A stretch of DNA of 42,715 bases from a virus (Duplodnaviria; Caudoviricetes). The first letter of the stretch is position 1; the number at the start of each line of letters is the position of its first letter. Under the pieces are notes generated by a model. It was not told where the DNA came from and ran no database searches. It saw nothing but the letters and a program-made list of their open reading frames with translations. Location of the stretch: IMG/VR virus record IMGVR_UViG_3300049982_000141, positions 1 to 42,715 of that record. The stretch is one strand, 5' to 3'. A program made the translations under genes and the position numbers. Below, one piece after another: positions 42,708-42,715 of this stretch.

Positions 42708-42715
42708 GTGGCGCG
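42708..42715 (+). repeat. 8-nt terminal overlap with positions 1-8 (circular junction)
   Basis: GTGGCGCG at both ends; joining completes the stem GGGGTGGCGCGCCG / CGGCGCGCCACCCC (right arm 24-37). Confidence 0.7.

Overview
The window looks like a complete, circularly permuted ~42.7-kb genome of a high-GC siphovirus-type phage of an actinomycete host. The last 8 nt repeat the first 8 nt, and joining the ends completes a 14-bp hairpin just downstream of the capsid gene. Layout: (i) a rightward virion and lysis module (33869-42662 terminase, portal, ClpP-type protease, HK97 capsid; continuing 116-15118 with putative decoration, neck and tail genes, a frameshifting tail chaperone, tape measure, tail tip, M15-like endolysin and membrane proteins); (ii) a leftward early block (15188-28063: WhiB-like protein, permuted papain-like amidase, SSB, PD-(D/E)XK nuclease, SF2 helicase, many small ORFs); (iii) a rightward block (28196-33876: RHH-like regulator, primase-polymerase/helicase, iteron array, RusA). 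No integrase, DNA polymerase or ParAB gene was recognised. Most notable features not explained by the genes: a promoter-headed, largely non-coding and densely base-paired ~1.5-kb locus (20420-21965) with an aberrant tRNA-like element; ten copies of an 18-bp CAGT-N10-ACTG operator-like motif, most on predicted promoters; a perfect host-type parS site inside a CDS; and a neprosin-like secreted peptidase gene between terminase and portal. All protein calls come from motif recognition by eye, not database searches.
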